A stretch of 64,000 nucleotides of DNA, taken from assembly GCA_964541455.1 (NCBI GenBank), contig CAZIPS010000002.1, forward strand, positions 6,326 through 70,325, given 5' to 3'. Every line of letters begins with the position of its first letter. Positions within the stretch are counted from its first letter, which is position 1. Below are positions 57,619-64,000 of this stretch, one piece after another. The position numbers were made by a program, and so were the translations under genes. Below the pieces are notes generated by a model. It was not told the DNA's origin. It did no database searches and saw only the letters and a list, made by a program, of their open reading frames with translations. This stretch comes from an uncultured Candidatus Saccharibacteria bacterium (GTDB taxonomy: Bacteria > Patescibacteriota > Minisyncoccia > Phycocordibacterales > JAKFXT01).

Positions 57619-57705
57619 CGCTAGTTTCCTTTCATGGGGTCATGGGGGTAATGGGGTACTAAAAGCGAGTTTCACAATAACACGCACTTTAATTTTATCA
57701 AAAAG

Positions 57706-58293
57706 TTAGATCCCTTTTTTAGCAAGCTTTGCAACCGTATCCCCTGCTTTAGTTCTTCCCTCGGGGGTAAGTTTTTTGATGTTTCCGATATAGGTTACGC
57801 GAGTAGGCCAGATGCCTGAAAACCAAAACACACCTTTGCGTATGTCGTGAGTAAAGTCCCCCATGAAAAGGCGGTCGAGTAATGGCGGATTATCCATAGT
57901 AACAATGATTCGCCCTGTACGACCCTTAAGTAATTTATCCCAAAGTCCAAGTAGGCTCCCCTTTCGCATACGAAAAGCAAATCCTGGAAGAAACATGCGA
58001 TCAAGAAGTCCTTTGAGAAGGGCGGGCATTGTGCTCCACCAATTGGGGTAGACCACTGTGATATGGTTTGCCCATTTAAAATCATTTTGTAACTGCAGTA
58101 GATCAGGTTCGAGTGCTTGGATTTCTTTATAACCTTTGTGAAGAATGGGGTCAAACTGGAGTTCACCGATGTTTACCCTTTTTACTTCATGACCCGCCTC
58201 CCTTGCTGCTTCTTCATACCGTGTCGCCAAGTAGCCGCACATAGTGTCCCAGTTACTGTGCCCGAGCAGCACCAAAATTTTTTTCTTTTGCAT
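57706..58293 (-). CDS. flavodoxin-fold NAD(P)H-dependent oxidoreductase (NQO1/MdaB-like)
   Basis: 195 aa; KILVLLGHSN...ITVVYPNWWSTMPALLKGLLDRMF typical of Flavodoxin_2. Confidence 0.7.
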   Translation of the reverse strand: MQKKKILVLLGHSNWDTMCGYLATRYEEAAREAGHEVKRVNIGELQFDPILHKGYKEIQALEPDLLQLQNDFKWANHITVVYPNWWSTMPALLKGLLDRMFLPGFAFRMRKGSLLGLWDKLLKGRTGRIIVTMDNPPLLDRLFMGDFTHDIRKGVFWFSGIWPTRVTYIGNIKKLTPEGRTKAGDTVAKLAKKGI

Positions 58294-58294
58294 G

Positions 58295-58522
58295 TTACTT
58301 TTGCATTAAAGAACTCAACTGCCCTTTGTATTCTTGGAGTACACTCATAACAGCCTGCATCTGTGGAGTACCTTGCTTCATTTTGGCTTCTACTTTTTTT
58401 CCAATTTCTGTAAAAAGTTCAGGATGCTGCTCTACTATATTTAAAATTTGTTCCTGCTGCGCTTCAGGAACTCCTTTCAGTTTACTTTTTATAAGACTGC
58501 GCATTAAGAAATTTTTTAGCAT
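58295..58522 (-). CDS. hypothetical small protein
   Basis: 75 aa; helical and charged; 1-nt gap to the oxidoreductase gene suggests co-transcription. Confidence 0.35.
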   Translation of the reverse strand: MLKNFLMRSLIKSKLKGVPEAQQEQILNIVEQHPELFTEIGKKVEAKMKQGTPQMQAVMSVLQEYKGQLSSLMQK

Positions 58523-58706
58523 GTGTGTATGTTAGCATCCCGTCTACTCCCGCACAATTTAGGAGAAGGTCGTAGTTATTAACAGGTGACTTTTCAAAAT
58601 GGATAAAATCTATTATACTCTACTTACAAGCTAAACTAGGTCGGAAAAATAGTTAGCTCGAAGTGTGTCTGTAACAAAAGGCTATCGAACTTTTGTAATA
58701 GACCGG

Positions 58707-58745
58707 CAAAAACCCGAAAGAAATATCTTTCGGGTTTTTGCTTTT
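58707..58745. terminator. bidirectional intrinsic terminator
   Basis: AAAAACCCGAAAGA-AATA-TCTTTCGGGTTTTTGCTTTT: 9-bp perfect stem flanked by an A-run and a T-run. Confidence 0.6.
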
Positions 58746-58781
58746 AAAATCAAAAAGGAGATAAGGCAGTAAATGCAAAAT

Positions 58782-58810
58782 TTGACTTTATATAATAAGT
58801 AAGTTATAAT
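58782..58810 (+). promoter_or_regulatory. consensus sigma70 promoter TTGACT-N17-TATAAT upstream of cassette 6
   Basis: TTGACT 58782-58787, 17-nt spacer, TATAAT 58805-58810; about 29 nt upstream of the cassette 6 ATG. Confidence 0.5.
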
Positions 58811-58839
58811 TATCCTCAGGCAATTTCAGGAGATTTTTT

Positions 58840-59055
58840 ATGGACTTTTGTCCAGCATGCGGTGGGCTTCTCAAGGAGACCCACCTCTCAGGAAACCTCT
58901 ACGGGTTTTCTCGGCGTGATGCATACAAGTGCAATGACTGCAGCCTTGTCTTGGCACGCGCTAACGGCGGGGCGGTACACTCGGTCACCCCCATCGCACC
59001 AAATGCGGTGGTGATCGAGGGGTACAAGTTGGGGCTCCGTCTCCCACAGGTTTAG
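58840..59055 (+). CDS. hypothetical zinc-ribbon small protein, GC-rich cassette 6 (71 aa)
   Basis: ATG at 58840 lies 7 nt after AGGAG; CPACGG ... CNDC (C-x2-C-x23-C-x2-C) zinc-ribbon pattern; GC-rich; terminator 6 nt after the stop. Confidence 0.55.
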   Translation: MDFCPACGGLLKETHLSGNLYGFSRRDAYKCNDCSLVLARANGGAVHSVTPIAPNAVVIEGYKLGLRLPQV

Positions 59056-59061
59056 TATCAC

Positions 59062-59094
59062 CCCGGGTCGGAAGACCCGGGTGTTTCTTTTTAT
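59062..59094 (+). terminator. intrinsic terminator of cassette 6
   Basis: CCCGGGTC-GGAA-GACCCGGG followed by TGTTTCTTTTTAT; overlaps the atpC stop codon. Confidence 0.6.
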
Positions 59095-59324
59095 ACGAGT
59101 ACCAGAACGCTTTCTTTTGATACTTCAAGCACTCCTTTATTAATTGGAAATGTTTCATTTCCCCCTACCCCACGTACAGTCACTACCCCACTGCGTAAAG
59201 CAGAAACTAAAGGTATATGGTTTTTGAGAATAGTCATTTCTCCTTCACTCCCTGGAAGCGTGACTGAAGTAACTTCGCCATGGAAGAGGACGTCACTAAC
59301 TGAAGCAATGGTGAGAGTGAACAT
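59091..59324 (-). CDS. atpC: F0F1 ATP synthase subunit epsilon (short form)
   Basis: 77 aa; N-terminal beta-sandwich (LTIASVSDVLFHGEVTSVTLPGSEGEMTILKNHIPL); last gene of the atp operon. Confidence 0.8.
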   Translation of the reverse strand: MFTLTIASVSDVLFHGEVTSVTLPGSEGEMTILKNHIPLVSALRSGVVTVRGVGGNETFPINKGVLEVSKESVLVLV

Positions 59325-59329
59325 ATTGA

Positions 59330-61656
<2,327 letters not shown>

Positions 61657-61661
61657 ATGTT

Positions 61662-63209
61662 TTATCGTGCACTAAAGAAGGCACTTAGCGCTTCTTTGAG
61701 TTTCTGTTCGGTGTCCTCGCTAATTTCTCTTGTTGTTTTGATAGTTTCAAATAATGTAGGGACACTATTTTCAAGATGAAGTAAAAGTCGCTCTTCAGTG
61801 TCTTTGACCGAAGAAACCTCAATTTTGTCGAAGTAGCCGTTCACTCCGGCATAAATAATCACTACCTGCTTTTCAAATGAAAGCGGTACTCCCTTTCCTT
61901 GTGTGAGCACTTCAGAGAGTCTGCGTCCCTTCTCAAGACGCTCTTTGGTAACTGGATCTAGGTCTTGTGAGAATTGCATAAACGCTTCGAGTTCGCGGAA
62001 TTGAGCAAGTTCTAGGCGGATTTTAGCTGCAACTTTTTTCATCGCTTTTGTTTGAGCGGCACTTCCCACACGAGACACTGAAATACCAACGTTGATGGCA
62101 GGTTTAGTCCCTTTGTTGAAAAGATCAGCCTCAAGGTAAATCTGGCCATCAGTAATTGAAATCACGTTAGTAGGAATATACCCTGACACATCGTTTTCTT
62201 GAGTTTCGATGATAGGAAGCGCAGTAAGTGATCCTCCTTTAAGTTTTGGAGAAAGTTTTGCAGCACGTTCCAAAAGGCGTGAGTGAAGATAAAAAATGTC
62301 ACCTGGATACGCTTCACGTCCCGGTGGACGACGGAGCAAAAGTGAAAGCTGACGGTAAGCAACAGCCTGCTTTGAAAGATCGTCATAAATCACAAGGGCG
62401 TCTTTCCCTTGTTCCATAAAGTACTCACCAAGTGCCGCTCCTGCATAGGGGGCCAAAAATTGAAGCGCCGCAGGGTCACTTGCTCCTGCTGAAACAACGA
62501 TAGTGTAGGCAAGCGCACCCTTTGTTTTAAGCTGATGCACAATACGTGCTGTCTTTGACTCCTTTTGACCGATAGCAACATAGATACACATTGGGCGCGT
62601 TGCCTCTGGCTCATGTAACTGATTAAGGATAGTATCAATTGCTACCGTTGTTTTTCCGATTCCGCGGTCACCGATAATAAGTTCACGTTGTCCGCGTCCG
62701 ATAGGAATCATGGCGTCAATTGCTTTGATACCTGTATGAAGTGGGGTATCTACACTTGCGCGGTCAATCACCCCATACGCCTCGCGTTCAATAGGGTAAA
62801 AAGCACTTTCTTTAATAGCGCCTAGTCCATCAAGAGGAACACCAAGTGGGTTTACTACACGACCTAGGAAATGTTCGCCCACAGGAAGCGAAAGTACTTT
62901 TTTGAGACGCTTTACACGCATACCCTCAACGACGCGCGTTGAGTCACCCAAAAGAATCGCACGCACAAGCCCCTCTTCAAGGTTAAGTACAAGTCCATAG
63001 AGTGGATCATGTTGTTCCATGCTTTCCTCAAGACTTTTACCATCGTGAGTAATGAACTCGATCATTTCTGACATCATTGCCTTACCAAGCCCCTCTATTT
63101 CAACCACACCATCACCAATAGCGCGTACCACCCCGACCTCTTCTGTTGTAGGAAGGTGTGCATAGTGTTCGAGCTCCTTCTTTATCTTTTCAATCAGATG
63201 TTCGTTCAT
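61662..63209 (-). CDS. atpA: F0F1 ATP synthase subunit alpha
   Basis: 515 aa; Walker A GDRGIGKT; alpha-subunit signature. Confidence 0.95.
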   Translation of the reverse strand: MNEHLIEKIKKELEHYAHLPTTEEVGVVRAIGDGVVEIEGLGKAMMSEMIEFITHDGKSLEESMEQHDPLYGLVLNLEEGLVRAILLGDSTRVVEGMRVKRLKKVLSLPVGEHFLGRVVNPLGVPLDGLGAIKESAFYPIEREAYGVIDRASVDTPLHTGIKAIDAMIPIGRGQRELIIGDRGIGKTTVAIDTILNQLHEPEATRPMCIYVAIGQKESKTARIVHQLKTKGALAYTIVVSAGASDPAALQFLAPYAGAALGEYFMEQGKDALVIYDDLSKQAVAYRQLSLLLRRPPGREAYPGDIFYLHSRLLERAAKLSPKLKGGSLTALPIIETQENDVSGYIPTNVISITDGQIYLEADLFNKGTKPAINVGISVSRVGSAAQTKAMKKVAAKIRLELAQFRELEAFMQFSQDLDPVTKERLEKGRRLSEVLTQGKGVPLSFEKQVVIIYAGVNGYFDKIEVSSVKDTEERLLLHLENSVPTLFETIKTTREISEDTEQKLKEALSAFFSAR

Positions 63210-63601
63210 ATGTTGTGTTGTGTTAGTAGGGTTTTATAAAGTGTGAGAAGGGATTGTTTGTAGCTCTCATCAATACGCAGGTCTTTGGTTTCTAATTGGT
63301 ACCCGCCAATAAGTGATGCGTCGAGTACGTGCGCAATTGAGGAAGGGTTGTGGTGAGGAAAATATTTTTCGATAATCTGTTTTGCCCTCTCACTTGAAAT
63401 TGGCTTGGCAGTTTTAAGTAAAAGATAGTCTCGTTTCTTTTTTTGCGCTGTCTCAAGGGATTTTAAAATTTTGGGAAAAAGACGCATGAGATGTTTCTTT
63501 TGAAGGAGCGCCCGCAGGTGCTCGATTAAGATATCGATTTCTTCAGTATTTTTGTTCCTTCCCAATTCAAGAAGTGCTTCAGCGTATAGTTCTGCTTTCA
63601 T
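63206..63601 (-). CDS. atpH: F0F1 ATP synthase subunit delta (OSCP)
   Basis: Start set at [14 protein letters not shown] (delta N-terminal signature), giving a 1-nt gap to atpF; the longer six-frame ORF (to 63706) would overlap atpF by 104 nt. Confidence 0.7.
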   Translation of the reverse strand: MKAELYAEALLELGRNKNTEEIDILIEHLRALLQKKHLMRLFPKILKSLETAQKKKRDYLLLKTAKPISSERAKQIIEKYFPHHNPSSIAHVLDASLIGGYQLETKDLRIDESYKQSLLTLYKTLLTQHNI

Positions 63602-63602
63602 G

Positions 63603-63992
63603 TTATGCTTCCTTGCGAAGAATTTTCTCGGCACCAAGTATGGCGAGTTTTGCAATATGCGCCTCAGTTTCTTTAAGTGCTTCTGCCTTAATCCGCTCAC
63701 CCTCAAGCGCTGCTTCTTTTAGAAGTGTTGCCTTTATATTTTCAGCTTCAAGAGCCGCCTTTTCTTTAAGGTGTGTTGCTGAACTAAGGGCGTTTGACAA
63801 TGCTTTGTCAGCTTTTTGTGCACTTTCTTTTAATAGCTGCGCACCTTCTGTTTCGGCCATCGTAAGTCTCTCTTTTGCTTCTTCTGCATCGCTTACCCCC
63901 TTAGCAATCAACCTACGACGCTCGTCGAGAAGCGTAAGAAGTGGCGTGTAGAGAAAACGCTTGAGTAAAAATAGCAAGATAAGAAAGTTCAC
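63603..63992 (-). CDS. atpF: F0F1 ATP synthase subunit b
   Basis: 129 aa; N-terminal TM helix then long charged helix (AEEAKERL...AEALKETEAHIAKL); gene order b-delta-alpha-gamma-beta-epsilon. Confidence 0.7.
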   Translation of the reverse strand: MNFLILLFLLKRFLYTPLLTLLDERRRLIAKGVSDAEEAKERLTMAETEGAQLLKESAQKADKALSNALSSATHLKEKAALEAENIKATLLKEAALEGERIKAEALKETEAHIAKLAILGAEKILRKEA

Positions 63993-64000
63993 TATTTGTA

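Noticed and set aside
58771-58800. 9-aa ORF (MQNLTLYNK) overlapping the cassette-6 promoter
   Set aside because: Too short and without an SD; the sequence is better explained as the -35/-10 elements
63206-63706. Longer 166-aa version of atpH overlapping atpF by 104 nt
   Set aside because: The internal Met ([13 protein letters not shown]) matches the delta-subunit N-terminus and gives canonical tight gene spacing

Overview
This is a 64-kb stretch of an AT-rich (roughly 40-45% GC), tightly packed bacterial chromosome. Almost every gene is on the minus strand and almost all are housekeeping genes. In order they include recR (partial), dnaB, cysS, corA, an S41 C-terminal processing protease, rplI, rpmA, a tRNA-Pro(GGG), gltX, murG-ftsW-mraY, scpAB, a short type-2 aspS, trpS, a 7TM sensor histidine kinase operon, dnaJ-dnaK-grpE, rpsI-rplM, the rplQ-rpoA-rpsD-rpsK-rpsM-rpmJ-infA block, a short alaS, a DNA-repair/nuclease cluster (HD hydrolase, UDG family 4, Ogt, a Cas4-like PD-(D/E)xK nuclease, an ATP-cone/Mrr-like nuclease), mnmA, mltG, a leuS carrying an embedded Nudix domain, ychF, and the ATP synthase operon (atpFHAGDC). 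The minimal aaRS forms, the EVE, DKNYY and lycopene-cyclase-domain proteins and the many unassigned membrane proteins suggest a reduced-genome lineage, possibly CPR/Patescibacteria-like; that is inference only. The main anomaly is six short GC-rich cassettes (about 58-62% GC against a 40-45% background) at about 1.7, 11.4, 19.7, 41.4, 57.3 and 58.9 kb. Each fits exactly into an intergenic gap between conserved core genes. Each encodes one small protein I cannot recognise (55-210 aa), preceded by a canonical Shine-Dalgarno site and followed by a GC-stemmed intrinsic terminator. Four of them also have a near-consensus sigma70-type promoter, and three of those share a 'TTGnnA-(N8-10)-TTTTTTG-(N1-3)-TAnnnT' module. 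They look like self-contained, compositionally foreign expression units: horizontally acquired, engineered, or a dispersed family of mini-genes of unknown function. Lesser observations: a Nudix domain inserted in LeuRS next to a much reduced CP1 editing domain; partial duplications of both halves of the tRNA-Pro gene flanking it; a lytic transglycosylase whose signal peptide lies upstream of any canonical start codon; and an orphan histidine kinase embedded in a lipid-acyltransferase operon. I found no CRISPR array, rRNA, transposase or integrase.
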